A stretch of DNA of 64,000 nt from an uncultured Verrucomicrobiae bacterium (GCA_963769025.1 CAVYKI010000004.1:76984-140983), one strand, 5' to 3'; counted from the first letter of the stretch, positions 19,947-30,043 are shown. Notes: generated by a model from the sequence alone, not told the origin. Program-made: numbers and translations.

Positions 19947-22577
19947 CTACCTCGCGGTGGAGTTCTCGATCCCGATTTCGTCCAGCCAGCAGTTCGCGGA
20001 TTCCTTTCCGGGGCTGCTGAAGCCGAGCCAGTCGATCTTCTCCATGTGCGTTCCCGCGAACGGGAGCTTCTCAAACCGCAGCGGCTCTCCGCCGGGCAGC
20101 GTGAGCGCAAGGTCGAACGTATTCTCGCGGCCCTCGCCGAGATTTGCGGTGAGTTCCACGTGCAGCCACGCGTTCGCCGGGTAGTCCGCGAGCTTGCGCG
20201 CGCCGATCATCAGCGCGCCCTTTTTGAATTCGATCATCGGCCCGGTCTGATACGCCTTCCCCGCGAGCGGCGTGTTGTCGCGCCACTCGTGGATGAGGTG
20301 GTAGTTCGCGTCCAGCTTCACATCGAATGCGACGCGCGTGGTGCCCTGCTCGTGATTCGGGACGTAGTAAAAGTGCGGCTCATACGCGGCCGGGAGATCG
20401 GCGTTGTCGGTCAGTTGCAGGCAGTGTGAGTCTTTCGAAGCGCCTTCGCCGACGATGCGGATGATGTCGCCCTTTTTGTAGTGCCCCTGCGTCTGCGAAG
20501 GTTTGCCGCCGACAGGCGTGCCCTCGAAGCCCTCCGCGAGTTTCAGTGGCAGCGGCTTGGGCTTCATGCCGTATTTCATGGGGCCGAAATCCTTCGCCGC
20601 GAGCTTGCGCCACGCGTCATCCCCCGTGACTCCGGCGCTGCGCCAGTCAAACGGCTTGAAGCCCAGCTTCAGCGCGGGCGACTCGGGGCGCAGCGTGTAG
20701 TCGCCCTTTTCCGCGGCGACGAAAAGAGGATCGGCGAGCACGCTCTCCGCGTCCTGTCCGAGGAAGCGCCACTCGTCCCAGGTCTTGCCCGCGAAGTCGA
20801 ACGGTTGCCCGCCGGTCTTCCAATACACGTTGCGATTCAGCTGCACGCGGCCGTCGAGCCAGTTCTTGTCGAGCTGGCCGAAGAGCTTCCCTTCGCTGAA
20901 CAGCACGATGTTTTGCTCGAATGAAAACGCCATGAATTCCTCCGGCTTGCTGCGCCGGATCTGCACCTCTTTTTGAAACGCAAAGATGTTGTTCCGGATG
21001 ATGTTTCCGCGTCCGTAATGCTGATGATACCCGCCGTCCTGCGTGTCGTGGACGAGGTTGTTTTCCCACACGATGCCCGTGCTGCCCTCGTCATTGTACA
21101 TGCCCCAGCCGCCGTAGCTCGCGCAGCCGATGTCGTGCATATGGCAGCCGCGAATCACGGTGCCCGGCTGCGGCCCGAGCGTGTACACCGCGCCCATGTC
21201 GCTCAGCTCCGCCCAGCCGAGGTGGTGGAGGTTGCAAAACTCGACCGTGTTGCGCGCGCACGGAGTCGGCTTGTAGCCCCAAGTCCAGCCGATGCTCACG
21301 GCGCTGTAGAAAAAATCACCGATGTCGCAGTGCCGCAGCGTGCAGTCGCTCGCGTGAAAAATGACCGCGCCGATCCCGGCAGGGAACACGCGTCCACCGC
21401 TCTGGATGATGCAGTTTTCCACGAGCACATGGCTCGTGTGGTCCGGCCCGTCGTTCGACACGGCGGGGTCGCCGATTTTAACGCCTGCCGCGCCGAGGTC
21501 GTGGATGTGGCATTTCCGCACGGTGATGTCCTTGCACCCGCGGCGGAACCACAGCGCGTTCGTCATCGTGTGTGCGAATTCGCAATCCTCGAACGTGATG
21601 TCCCGCGCGCCGTCCGCCTCGATCGCCGCGATGAGCAAAGACTCCGCCTGACCGAATGCCGCGCCGTCCGGCGGAGTGATCCACGCCTGATGCTGGAAGC
21701 TCAGCCCGCGGAAAGCGAGCTTGCTCACGAACTCGTTCTTCTTCGGATCGCCGCGCAGCACGATCCACTGCGGCGCGACCGGTGCGCGAACGTCCGTCAC
21801 CGTCTCGCCCTTGCGCGGGATGTAGAGCAGCTTGCCGCTGCGATCCACGAACCACTCGCCCGGCGCATCGAGCGCGGCGCGGTAGTTTTCCAGCCGCATG
21901 TTGTGGTACGGCGCGAGCGAGAAAAACGATCGCCGTTGCCCGCCGGTGAATTGCAGCGTGCCGTCGGCGTCGGCGTTCGCCAGCCGGTGGCGGTTGATGT
22001 CCCACGTGAAATACACCAGCACGTTCACGTCGCGCTTTTCCTCGGACGAAAGCCCCGCGAGGTCCTTTGCATACTGAGGTTCGATGCTCAGCAGCGTCTT
22101 CCCCGCGTCGCCGGTCGGTTTCGCATCGCCCGGCGGTTTTTGCGGCTGGCCTGTCGCCTGGATGAAGCCCTCGTTCGGCGTCCGTGCCCGCTGCGCGCGC
22201 TTGCCGTTCACCCACAGTCCCTCGAAGCGCCACGCCGGGTCCACCTGCGCCGTCCACACCCCGTCCTTCATCGCGCCGTCGATCCTTTGCCCGCCGGTGA
22301 GGATCACTTTTGCCCCCGGCGCCGCCTCGTAGATCACGCTGCTGTCCCGCGGCTCAAAGACGACCGGCTCGGCAATGACATACGTGCCGGCGGCGAAAAG
22401 CACGCGCGCATCGCTCGTATCGCCCGCGTCCCGCGCCTTGCGCACGGCGTCGCGCGCTCCCGCGAGGGATGTCTCGGCGCCATCCTTTCCGTCCGGCGAT
22501 ACGCGCACGGTGAGCGCGTGCGCAGAATGTGTCGCAATCGCGAGGATGCAGGAGACGACCGCGTTGTAGGTTCGCAT
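19947..22577 (-). CDS. Secreted right-handed beta-helix protein (GH141-like putative glycoside hydrolase)
   Basis: Signal peptide, ALDAPGEWF, LSDMGAVYTLGPQPGT, YNDEGS, GYHQHYG. Confidence 0.85.
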   Translation of the reverse strand: MRTYNAVVSCILAIATHSAHALTVRVSPDGKDGAETSLAGARDAVRKARDAGDTSDARVLFAAGTYVIAEPVVFEPRDSSVIYEAAPGAKVILTGGQRIDGAMKDGVWTAQVDPAWRFEGLWVNGKRAQRARTPNEGFIQATGQPQKPPGDAKPTGDAGKTLLSIEPQYAKDLAGLSSEEKRDVNVLVYFTWDINRHRLANADADGTLQFTGGQRRSFFSLAPYHNMRLENYRAALDAPGEWFVDRSGKLLYIPRKGETVTDVRAPVAPQWIVLRGDPKKNEFVSKLAFRGLSFQHQAWITPPDGAAFGQAESLLIAAIEADGARDITFEDCEFAHTMTNALWFRRGCKDITVRKCHIHDLGAAGVKIGDPAVSNDGPDHTSHVLVENCIIQSGGRVFPAGIGAVIFHASDCTLRHCDIGDFFYSAVSIGWTWGYKPTPCARNTVEFCNLHHLGWAELSDMGAVYTLGPQPGTVIRGCHMHDIGCASYGGWGMYNDEGSTGIVWENNLVHDTQDGGYHQHYGRGNIIRNNIFAFQKEVQIRRSKPEEFMAFSFEQNIVLFSEGKLFGQLDKNWLDGRVQLNRNVYWKTGGQPFDFAGKTWDEWRFLGQDAESVLADPLFVAAEKGDYTLRPESPALKLGFKPFDWRSAGVTGDDAWRKLAAKDFGPMKYGMKPKPLPLKLAEGFEGTPVGGKPSQTQGHYKKGDIIRIVGEGASKDSHCLQLTDNADLPAAYEPHFYYVPNHEQGTTRVAFDVKLDANYHLIHEWRDNTPLAGKAYQTGPMIEFKKGALMIGARKLADYPANAWLHVELTANLGEGRENTFDLALTLPGGEPLRFEKLPFAGTHMEKIDWLGFSSPGKESANCWLDEIGIENSTAR

Positions 22578-22686
22578 GCGGCGTTTCTACACGGCGTCAC
22601 CGCTGCGCGACAATGGCGGGTATGGTCTCCGTCGCTCCACATCCGCTCAACTTTCGCCCCATGGCGATGCCCACTTTCCTGAAAAG

Positions 22687-22778
22687 TGGCGGAGAGAGAG
22701 GGATTCGAACCCTCGATACGGTTTAACCCGTATGACGCTTTAGCAAAGCGTTGCTTTCGACCACTCAGCCATCTCTCC
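22687..22778 (-). tRNA. tRNA-Ser(GCT)
   Basis: 92 nt GGAGAGATGGCTGAGTGG..anticodon arm ACGCT-TTGCTAA-AGCGT, long variable arm, GGTTCGAATCC, encoded CCA. Confidence 0.97.
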
Positions 22779-23032
22779 GGTTGCAGTGGTGCGGCGGAGT
22801 AAAGCGGCATGAATTCGGGGCGTCAAAGGGTTTTCCTCCCGCGCGATTTCGCCGGCAAGCTACGGCCCATTTCATATCACGGGAGGTGAAGGTTCAGTCT
22901 TGCCCTTCGCGATTTGATGTGGTGAAAGCCGCACGTGTACGCCCGCTCCGCTCCTCCTCGCGAAGGTCGTAGTGGCGGGCTTGCGCACTGAGACAAATCG
23001 CAGCCCAAAACCAAATCACGGAGATCCAGAGT

Positions 23033-24535
23033 ATGGCACCTCGGAAAAAATCAGCCCTCACCACCCCCAAGGCAGCCTCGGAGTCGGACTATCCCGGGTC
23101 GCAGCCGGATACGGCTCCAACTGCGCGCACCGCGTCCCTTTACGAAGGAACCGCGTGCATCATCACCTGTCACGATTATGGCCGCTACCTCGCAGCCTGC
23201 CTCGAATCCTGCCTGAAGCAGACGGCGCCGTTTGCGAGCATCGTCGTCGTGGATGACGCGAGCAGCGACGACACCGCGGAGGTGGCGCGTCGCTTCGAGG
23301 CCCGTGGTGTGCGCTACGTGCGGGGCGAATGGCGGAACTACAGCGCGGCGCGCATGGCGGGAGTCGAGGCCGCTCCACGCACGCCGTTCCTCCTTTTTGT
23401 GGATGCGGACAATGTGCTCGCGCACAGCTACCATGAGCAATTGCGCGCCACGATGAACGAGCCGAACCTCGGCGCGGCCTACGGCCACCTGCTGCGGTTC
23501 GACGAAAGCGGAACGCTCGGCTTCAGCGTGAGTGTGCGGCCTTTCGACCGGGATGAGCTGCGCCGCGGAAATATCGCGGATGCGTGTTCGCTGGTCCGGC
23601 GCGAAGCGTTCGACCAGGTCGGCGGCTGGAAGACCAACAGCTTCCTGACCGACTGGATGATGTGGCTGGATATGACGCGCCACGGCTGGCAGCTCCGCCA
23701 CGTGCCGGAGGCCGTCCTGAACTACCGCGTCCACGGCGCACAGATGTCGCACGTCCGCTACGGCAACTGGGACATCCACGTCACGCCGCTGCGGATGTCC
23801 TGCATGGTCGCCATCGTGACGCTTTTTTCCGGGCGGCGCTGGGCGCTGGACCGCTACTTCGACTGGCTCGACCAGATCGACTGGCAGCGTGAGAACCTGC
23901 ACATCGTCGCGCTCGACAATTCCAACGACCCGGAATTTTCCCGAGAGCTGAAGGCCCGGCTGGCGGAGCGCGACCTGGCCTACAGCTATGCGCGGGACCG
24001 CAGCCAGGCGCTGACGGAGGTGGGTGCGGCGGACTTTGCGGGCAGCCGCGAACAGCGCAGCCGCCACTCGTACACGCTGGCGACACACCTCGCGCGGCTA
24101 TACTCCGTGGCGCGCCAGCACGTGCCTGACGGTGCGGATTTCATCTGGTGCGTCGAGGACGACATCGAGCCGCCGCCGGGTGCGCTTCATGATCTGTGCA
24201 AGGGGCTCCTCCGTTTCCCGAAAGCCGGCGCCATCACCGGTTGCGCGCGGTCCCGGTTCGAGGATCAGTGGATCCTGTGGCGCAATGGCCGCGCATTCAC
24301 CGAGCCGCCGCAGCCGGAGGAATACACGCCCGTGGACGCGACGGGCTTCTACTGCACGCTGCTGCGCCGCCCGGTGTTCGACGCGCTCGCGTTTCGGCCG
24401 ACGCGCGACTGGTCCTTGAAGAATTGCGCCTACGACTGGGCGGCCATGCACGACATCGTGCAGGCTGGCTGGGAGGTGCGTGCGTCGGGCAGCGTCCGTT
24501 GCAAGCACTGGCAGGCCGACGGCAGTTTCCTATGA
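23033..24535 (+). CDS. Glycosyltransferase with two GT-A (family 2-like) domains
   Basis: IITCHDYGRYL..VVDDASSD..FVDAD; second domain ALDNSND..CVEDDIEP..TGFYCTLLRR. Confidence 0.85.
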   Translation: MAPRKKSALTTPKAASESDYPGSQPDTAPTARTASLYEGTACIITCHDYGRYLAACLESCLKQTAPFASIVVVDDASSDDTAEVARRFEARGVRYVRGEWRNYSAARMAGVEAAPRTPFLLFVDADNVLAHSYHEQLRATMNEPNLGAAYGHLLRFDESGTLGFSVSVRPFDRDELRRGNIADACSLVRREAFDQVGGWKTNSFLTDWMMWLDMTRHGWQLRHVPEAVLNYRVHGAQMSHVRYGNWDIHVTPLRMSCMVAIVTLFSGRRWALDRYFDWLDQIDWQRENLHIVALDNSNDPEFSRELKARLAERDLAYSYARDRSQALTEVGAADFAGSREQRSRHSYTLATHLARLYSVARQHVPDGADFIWCVEDDIEPPPGALHDLCKGLLRFPKAGAITGCARSRFEDQWILWRNGRAFTEPPQPEEYTPVDATGFYCTLLRRPVFDALAFRPTRDWSLKNCAYDWAAMHDIVQAGWEVRASGSVRCKHWQADGSFL

Positions 24536-25110
24536 GTCCTGCCGCAGGCCTTTTCGACAGCGTCGCCGAGATCCCGTTGCTCGCCGCGAGCCTGATCGAT
24601 CTCCCGGGCAAAGCCGTGCTGGCGAAACTCTGCGCCCGCGCGAAGGTGCGCACGGTCATCGAGGTGGGGACGTTTCTCGGGCTTGGCTCGACGACCGTCT
24701 TCCACGACGCGCTGCCGCCCGATGGCCGTTTGTATTGCGTCGATACCTTCTCCGTAAACATGGTGCGCTACCAGCGGCCGCAGGATCCGCATTACCACGC
24801 ATTCCTCTCGAACATGAAGCAGAAGGGCATGAGCTCCAAAATCGTCCCGGTGCGCATGACGTCGCTCGAAGCCAGCCGCGCACTCGCCGTGACGGCGGAT
24901 CTGATTTTCATCGACGGCGATCACAGCAAGGCCGCCGTGCTGGCGGACATCGCCGCGTGGCTGCCGCACGTGCGGCCCGGCGGCATCCTTTGCGGCGACG
25001 ACTACCACACCCCGCAATGCCCCGATGTCGCGCCGGCTGTGCGGCAAGCGATGCCGGGGCATCAGGCCGACGGTCGCATCTGGTGGGTGGAAACTCCCGT
25101 GAACCAATGA
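24532..25110 (+). CDS. Class I SAM-dependent methyltransferase (Methyltransf_24-like)
   Basis: IEVGTFLGLGS, YCVDTF, LIFIDGDHS, GGILCGDDY; ATGA overlap with upstream gene. Confidence 0.88.
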   Translation: MSPAAGLFDSVAEIPLLAASLIDLPGKAVLAKLCARAKVRTVIEVGTFLGLGSTTVFHDALPPDGRLYCVDTFSVNMVRYQRPQDPHYHAFLSNMKQKGMSSKIVPVRMTSLEASRALAVTADLIFIDGDHSKAAVLADIAAWLPHVRPGGILCGDDYHTPQCPDVAPAVRQAMPGHQADGRIWWVETPVNQ

Positions 25111-26888
25111 GCGGCATCGACGGCCGCGTGCTCGGTGAATTCAAGATCCTGACCAAGATCGGCCAGGGCGGGATGGGCACGGTGTACCTCGCCGAACAAC
25201 CCGCGCTGAACCGCCGCGTCGCGGTGAAGGTGCTGCTCGCATCCCTCGCGAGCGATGCGGATTTTCCGAAGCGCTTCAAGCGCGAGGCCATGCTGGCGGC
25301 CAGCATCAATCACCCCGGCCTCGTGCAGGTCTATGCCGCCGGTGACATCGAGGACATCTATTACATCGCGATGGAATACGTCGATGGCGAGTCCCTGCAG
25401 CGCCGCCTGGAGCGCGAGGGCCGCATCAAGCCCGAGGAGGCGCTGGACATCATCCTCCGTCTCGCCCAGGCGCTCGACCATGCGTGGCAAAAGGTGCGCC
25501 TGATCCACCGCGACGTGAAGCCGAGCAATGTGCTCCTTTCCACCGACGGCGATGTGAAGCTCGCCGACTTTGGCATGGCCAAGAACGCCGAACTCGACAG
25601 CACGCTGACCTCGACCGGCATGCACATCGGCACGCCGCTCTACATCAGCCCCGAGCAGGCGCGCTGCCACAAGGTCCTCGATTTCAGCACCGACATTTAC
25701 AGCCTCGGCTGCACGCTCTACCACATGCTGTGCGGTCGCACCCCTTACAGCGGCGAAGCGGCATTCACCGTCATGCTCCAGCACGTGACCGAACCCGCGC
25801 CGACCATCCGCACCCACATGCCGGAGTGCCCGCCGGCCATCGTGAAGCTGCTGGACCGGATGCTCGCGAAAGATCCCGCGTCGAGGCACGCAAGCTACGC
25901 AGAGTTGATCGAGGAGTTGAAGCTTGCGCGCGGGAACATCGGCAAGCCGCCGAAAAACCTGCGCCGCGCCCACCTCGTCGCAGCGCTAGCGACCATCGTG
26001 ATCGCTGTGGTCGGGTGGTGGAGTGTCGCGAAGATGAAGGCGCCACCGGCTCCGGCGACGTCGCTGGCGGTCGCAGGATCTCTCACCCCAGCTCCGACGA
26101 AGCCCGTCGTGCCGGCAAAAGACGCGGCTTTTCTGGAGGCCGTGGCGGCGCTGCCCGCCGAGGCGCAGGCCCGGCGCGTGCTCGAGAAGCTCAAGGAGCT
26201 CAATCCTGGCTTCGAACCGGAAAGCGCGACGTACGTGGTCCGGGATGGCGTCGTCGTCGAACTCGTGCTGAGCATCACCGCGATCAGCGATCTGGCACCT
26301 GTGCGTGCGCTCGCATCGCTTGAGCGGTTGCGCCTCGGCCAGCCTGGCCAGACCGGCGCCCTCGAAAGTCTCGAAGCCTTGCGCGGCCTGTCGCTCACCT
26401 GGCTCGAATGTCACAATTCCCCGATCGGCGACCTCGCCCCGCTGCGCGGGATGCCGCTCACGTGGCTTGTTTGCCCCGGCGCGCACATCACCGATCTTTC
26501 CCCGCTGAAAGGCAGCCCGATCGAGGCTCTCGGGATCAATAACACAGGCGTCACCAGCCTCGAAGCCCTCGCCGGCCTGCCACTCAAATTCCTGAACTGC
26601 GGCTACAACCCAATCCGAGATCTCTCGCCGCTGGCCGGGATGCCGTTGATCGACCTGAATTGCTCCCATACCGAGGTGCGTGACCTCACGCCTCTCAAAG
26701 GCATGGCTATGACGCGGCTGATTTGCAGCCACGCTTCCATCGAGGATCTGAGCCCGGTGGCGGAGATGCCGCTCAAGGAACTGGACTGCGATTTCCGGCG
26801 CGAACGCGACGAAAAAATCCTGCGCGCCATTCCCACGCTCGAGAAAATCAACGGCCTCGCCGCTGAGGATTTTTGGCGGAGCCTGTAG
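25107..26888 (+). CDS. Membrane Ser/Thr protein kinase with C-terminal leucine-rich repeats
   Basis: IGQGGMG, VAVK, HRDVKPSN, DFG; TM helix; repeated DLSPLxGMPLxxL LRRs; ATGA overlap. Confidence 0.93.
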   Translation: MSGIDGRVLGEFKILTKIGQGGMGTVYLAEQPALNRRVAVKVLLASLASDADFPKRFKREAMLAASINHPGLVQVYAAGDIEDIYYIAMEYVDGESLQRRLEREGRIKPEEALDIILRLAQALDHAWQKVRLIHRDVKPSNVLLSTDGDVKLADFGMAKNAELDSTLTSTGMHIGTPLYISPEQARCHKVLDFSTDIYSLGCTLYHMLCGRTPYSGEAAFTVMLQHVTEPAPTIRTHMPECPPAIVKLLDRMLAKDPASRHASYAELIEELKLARGNIGKPPKNLRRAHLVAALATIVIAVVGWWSVAKMKAPPAPATSLAVAGSLTPAPTKPVVPAKDAAFLEAVAALPAEAQARRVLEKLKELNPGFEPESATYVVRDGVVVELVLSITAISDLAPVRALASLERLRLGQPGQTGALESLEALRGLSLTWLECHNSPIGDLAPLRGMPLTWLVCPGAHITDLSPLKGSPIEALGINNTGVTSLEALAGLPLKFLNCGYNPIRDLSPLAGMPLIDLNCSHTEVRDLTPLKGMAMTRLICSHASIEDLSPVAEMPLKELDCDFRRERDEKILRAIPTLEKINGLAAEDFWRSL

Positions 26889-26988
26889 CGCACCGCGTTT
26901 AGCCTCGCGCGCCGCGGTGACGGCAGATCGCAGGACGTTATTGCCGGGGTGAGCAAAGGTCTCGGTCCCGGATTCGGATCCGCCAAAC

Positions 26989-27156
26989 TTAAAACGGAGT
27001 GCGCCGGCTGGAAATCTGCGCGGCTCCGGGCGACTGAATCTGGACTCCGACGCTGCCGTGAAGAATATCGTCGTCGTGCGATCCTTGCCGGGCCGCGCAG
27101 CCGGACAGAATGAACGCAAAGCCGATTGCCACGAGGGGAAGCAACCGTTGGCTCAC
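26989..27156 (-). CDS. Small putative lipoprotein
   Basis: GTG start, hydrophobic stretch, lipobox LSGC. Confidence 0.55.
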   Translation of the reverse strand: MSQRLLPLVAIGFAFILSGCAARQGSHDDDILHGSVGVQIQSPGAAQISSRRTPF

Positions 27157-27169
27157 AGCCTTTTCGCGA

Positions 27170-27598
27170 CTAGTTCTTTTTTGCGGTCGGCGCGGGTCCA
27201 CCGCTCTTTTTTGCCGCCTCCCAGCGCGCTTTCATTGCAGCTGCCAGCTTTGCCCTCACTTCGGGAGACATCTTGCGTTTCTTTTTCGCTGGAGCTGCTG
27301 CTGCTTTGGGCTTTTCCGGAGCCGCGACCTTCGCCTTCGCGGCGGCTGGCGCTTTGTCGCCGGCCTTGACCTTCGCCCAACGCTTTTTCTGAGCCGCCCT
27401 GATGTTGGCAATGGCCGTGGGTGACAGCTTGCGTCGCGCGGTTTTGGCGGCCTTGGCAGGCTTGGCGGCGGGTTCTGCGACACGGGATGCTGATTGCGGC
27501 TGGCTGCCGAGAATGGCTGCGAGTTCCTTTTCGAGTGCCGCGATCTGTTCGGCGAGCTCGAGACCGCGCTGCCATTGAGAGAGGGTGGGGATATTCAT
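27170..27598 (-). CDS. Basic histone-like putative DNA-binding protein
   Basis: N-terminal coiled coil, K/A/P-rich linkers, two copies of RK(L/M)SP...(K/A)RW helix. Confidence 0.75.
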   Translation of the reverse strand: MNIPTLSQWQRGLELAEQIAALEKELAAILGSQPQSASRVAEPAAKPAKAAKTARRKLSPTAIANIRAAQKKRWAKVKAGDKAPAAAKAKVAAPEKPKAAAAPAKKKRKMSPEVRAKLAAAMKARWEAAKKSGGPAPTAKKN

Positions 27599-27695
27599 GG
27601 GGCTGACAGGTATTGCCTAACTGAAAAATAGCAAGCGGCGTTGCAAATGCCCGTGCATGGCCTTGCTTGGAGTGCGGCTGTGAAAGGAGGTTGAT

Positions 27696-28454
27696 TCACT
27701 GGGCCGTCCAGCCGCCGTCGATGACCACATCGGTCCCTGTGACGAAACCTGCATCTTCCGAGCACAGGTAAAGCGCGAGCTTCGCGATCTCCTCCGGTTT
27801 GCCCCAGCGGCCGAGCGGGATCTTTGCGAGGAATTGTTCCCGCAGCTCCGCGTTTTGCATTAGCGGTACGTTGATTTCCGTGTCGCACACGCCGGGGCTG
27901 ATACCATTGACGGTGATTTTTTCCCCCGCGAGTTCGAGCGCGAGCGCACGGTTGAATCCGAGCAGTGCCGTCTTGCTGGCTGAATAGGCGGTGCGGCCCG
28001 GCAGGGAGATGTGGGACATCATGGAGGTCATGTTGATGATGCGCCCGTAACCTTGCCCGGTCATCATGGGGACGAATGCGCGGCAGAGCAGAAACACGCT
28101 GGTCAGGTTGGTGTTCAGCACGCTGTTCCACTCGGCGAGTGTGAAGTCGGTGACGGGTTTGCGGATGTTGATCCCGGCGTTGTTAATGAGGATGTGCAAG
28201 TGGGCGCCGATCCGGGAGGCGAATGCATCGTGCACACCGGCGACCTGAGTTTCGTCGGTGACGTCGGCGACGAAGACCTCGGCGTTGCCGCCGTTGCCCC
28301 GAATCTCCGCGGCGACATCATTCAGCTTCGGTCCGTCGCGGGAGACGAGTGCGACGGTCGCGCCAGCCTCGGCGAGGGCGAGCGCCATCGCCTTGCCAAG
28401 GCCCTTGCTGGCTCCGGTGATCAGTGCGGTTTTGCCGTGAAGTGGTCGAGTCAT
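27696..28454 (-). CDS. SDR-family oxidoreductase
   Basis: TGASKGLG, NNAG, YSASK, DGG. Confidence 0.93.
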   Translation of the reverse strand: MTRPLHGKTALITGASKGLGKAMALALAEAGATVALVSRDGPKLNDVAAEIRGNGGNAEVFVADVTDETQVAGVHDAFASRIGAHLHILINNAGINIRKPVTDFTLAEWNSVLNTNLTSVFLLCRAFVPMMTGQGYGRIINMTSMMSHISLPGRTAYSASKTALLGFNRALALELAGEKITVNGISPGVCDTEINVPLMQNAELREQFLAKIPLGRWGKPEEIAKLALYLCSEDAGFVTGTDVVIDGGWTAQ

Positions 28455-28638
28455 GGCCGGACAATACGGAGTGAACCTGCCGACGTGACACAAAAAACAC
28501 GCTGGCCAGCCCGGATGCTGGCGGGCAACGTGCGGCAGTGAACGCGCCGTCGAGACAGTCCCCGCCAAGCCGGACGGTACCGGACCGCTGTGCTCCGGCC
28601 GCTTTCTGCGAGATACTCGACATCGAAAGGAGACAGCG

Positions 28639-29226
28639 GTGTCCGAACTCCTAGTCAGGGATCGCTGGTATGCGCTGATCGTCGCCGGGCCGAGCGGCTC
28701 GGGAAAGAGCGTGGTGGCCGAGCATGTCGGGCGGGAGCTCAGCCTGCCGGTGATTGATGCCGACGATTACCATAGCCGGGAAGCGGTGGAGCTCATGAAG
28801 CGCGGGACGCCGCTTGCGGACGAATATCGCGAGAGTTGGGCGGAACGCATCATCGGCGGGATGATCGCCTGGCGTCGGCGCGGTGAGAGCGTGGTCATTG
28901 CATGCTCGTGCATCCGCCGCCGCACGAGGGATCGTTTTCGCACCTATGTGAACGAGGCGCGAATCGTGGGCGGTCAGGTGGTCATCGCATGGCTGGATGT
29001 ATCGCCGGAGGTGCTCCGGACGCGCCTTCTGCGCCGGGAGGAGGAGCAGACGCACTTCTTCCCTGCGTCGCTGCTTGGCTCTCAGCTCAATGCCGCGCAG
29101 CCCCCGGATCCGCAGAGCGAACCCGGGGTGATACGGATCGCAGTCGGACCGGAGGCGCCCGACGCTGTCGCTCGAAAGGTTTGGGAATCCGTACCGGCAC
29201 TTCATCCATTCGTTGCCCGCGCCTGA
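28639..29226 (+). CDS. Gluconokinase (GntK/IdnK-like)
   Basis: GPSGSGKS, DADDYH, MKRGTPLAD, IACS, HFFPASLLGSQ. Confidence 0.85.
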   Translation: MSELLVRDRWYALIVAGPSGSGKSVVAEHVGRELSLPVIDADDYHSREAVELMKRGTPLADEYRESWAERIIGGMIAWRRRGESVVIACSCIRRRTRDRFRTYVNEARIVGGQVVIAWLDVSPEVLRTRLLRREEEQTHFFPASLLGSQLNAAQPPDPQSEPGVIRIAVGPEAPDAVARKVWESVPALHPFVARA

Positions 29227-29272
29227 CACCGCGGTGGTCAAACGCACGAGGAGGGGCGGATGCCATCAGGAA

Positions 29273-29294
29273 CCGTCTGGATGAGTCCAGACGG
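29273..29294. terminator. Perfect hairpin between convergent genes
   Basis: CCGTCTGGA-TGAG-TCCAGACGG; no U-tract. Confidence 0.35.
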
Positions 29295-29368
29295 ATGCCT
29301 TCACCCACACATGGGGACTGCGACTTCCGGCGCGTCAGAATGTACGGCTGCGGCCGAAGGACTCCGCG

Positions 29369-30043
29369 CTAGCTTGCCAGGCGGTAGTGTCCCGGGCCGA
29401 CCTTCTTGATATCCTTGAAGTTCTTGCCGGTGGTCGAAAACCACACAAACAGGTTGCGGGGGTTCATGCCAAATTGCTTCGCGAGATCACCGACGCGGGC
29501 ACCGTCCTTGCCAGCGGCCTTCAGCGCGTCCTGAATGCCCGCTGACAGCTCACCGCGCTTGGATCCGACGGACTTCAGCGCCTTGGGAGCCGCCTTCGCA
29601 GGCGTCGGGGCCGCAGGCGCCGCGGCGGGCACGGGTCCGACGAGGCGGTAGCGGCCCTTTCCAGCCTTGCGGATCGCGGGAATGGTCTTCCGCGCAAATT
29701 GAAACCAAGAATGAAGGGCTTCGGGCTTTGCGCCAAGTTCCGCCGCAAGGTCCCGCACACGCATGCCGGCTTTTCCGGCCGCGCCCAGCGCTGCGAAGAT
29801 GCGTCCTTTCAATTCACCCCGCGGGGCGCGTCCCGGTGTCACTGCCGGGGCCGCTTTGCCCGCGACCGGCGCGGCTTTTTTCGCGACCGGAGTCGCAGCG
29901 GTCACTCCGCTGTCGGAAAATAGTGCGTTCTTGATGCGTTCCAGGCGGGCCAGCACTTGATCGAGCTTGCCTTGCAAGGCGGCGCGCTCTTTTTCAATGC
30001 TCATTGCTTCTTTGAACAGGTCGATTCGGGATGGTGAGGACAT
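29369..30043 (-). CDS. Putative DNA-binding protein: coiled coil plus tandem winged-helix domains
   Basis: Two homologous domains RGELKGRIFAAL..VRDLAAELG..SWF..GKGRYRL and RGELSAGIQDAL..VGDLAKQFG..VWF..GPGHYRL. Confidence 0.75.
   Translation of the reverse strand: MSSPSRIDLFKEAMSIEKERAALQGKLDQVLARLERIKNALFSDSGVTAATPVAKKAAPVAGKAAPAVTPGRAPRGELKGRIFAALGAAGKAGMRVRDLAAELGAKPEALHSWFQFARKTIPAIRKAGKGRYRLVGPVPAAAPAAPTPAKAAPKALKSVGSKRGELSAGIQDALKAAGKDGARVGDLAKQFGMNPRNLFVWFSTTGKNFKDIKKVGPGHYRLAS

Noticed and set aside
24480..25106. N-terminal extension of the 802-aa kinase ORF
   Set aside because: Overlaps the methyltransferase in another frame; the ATGA-coupled ATG at 25107 is the better start
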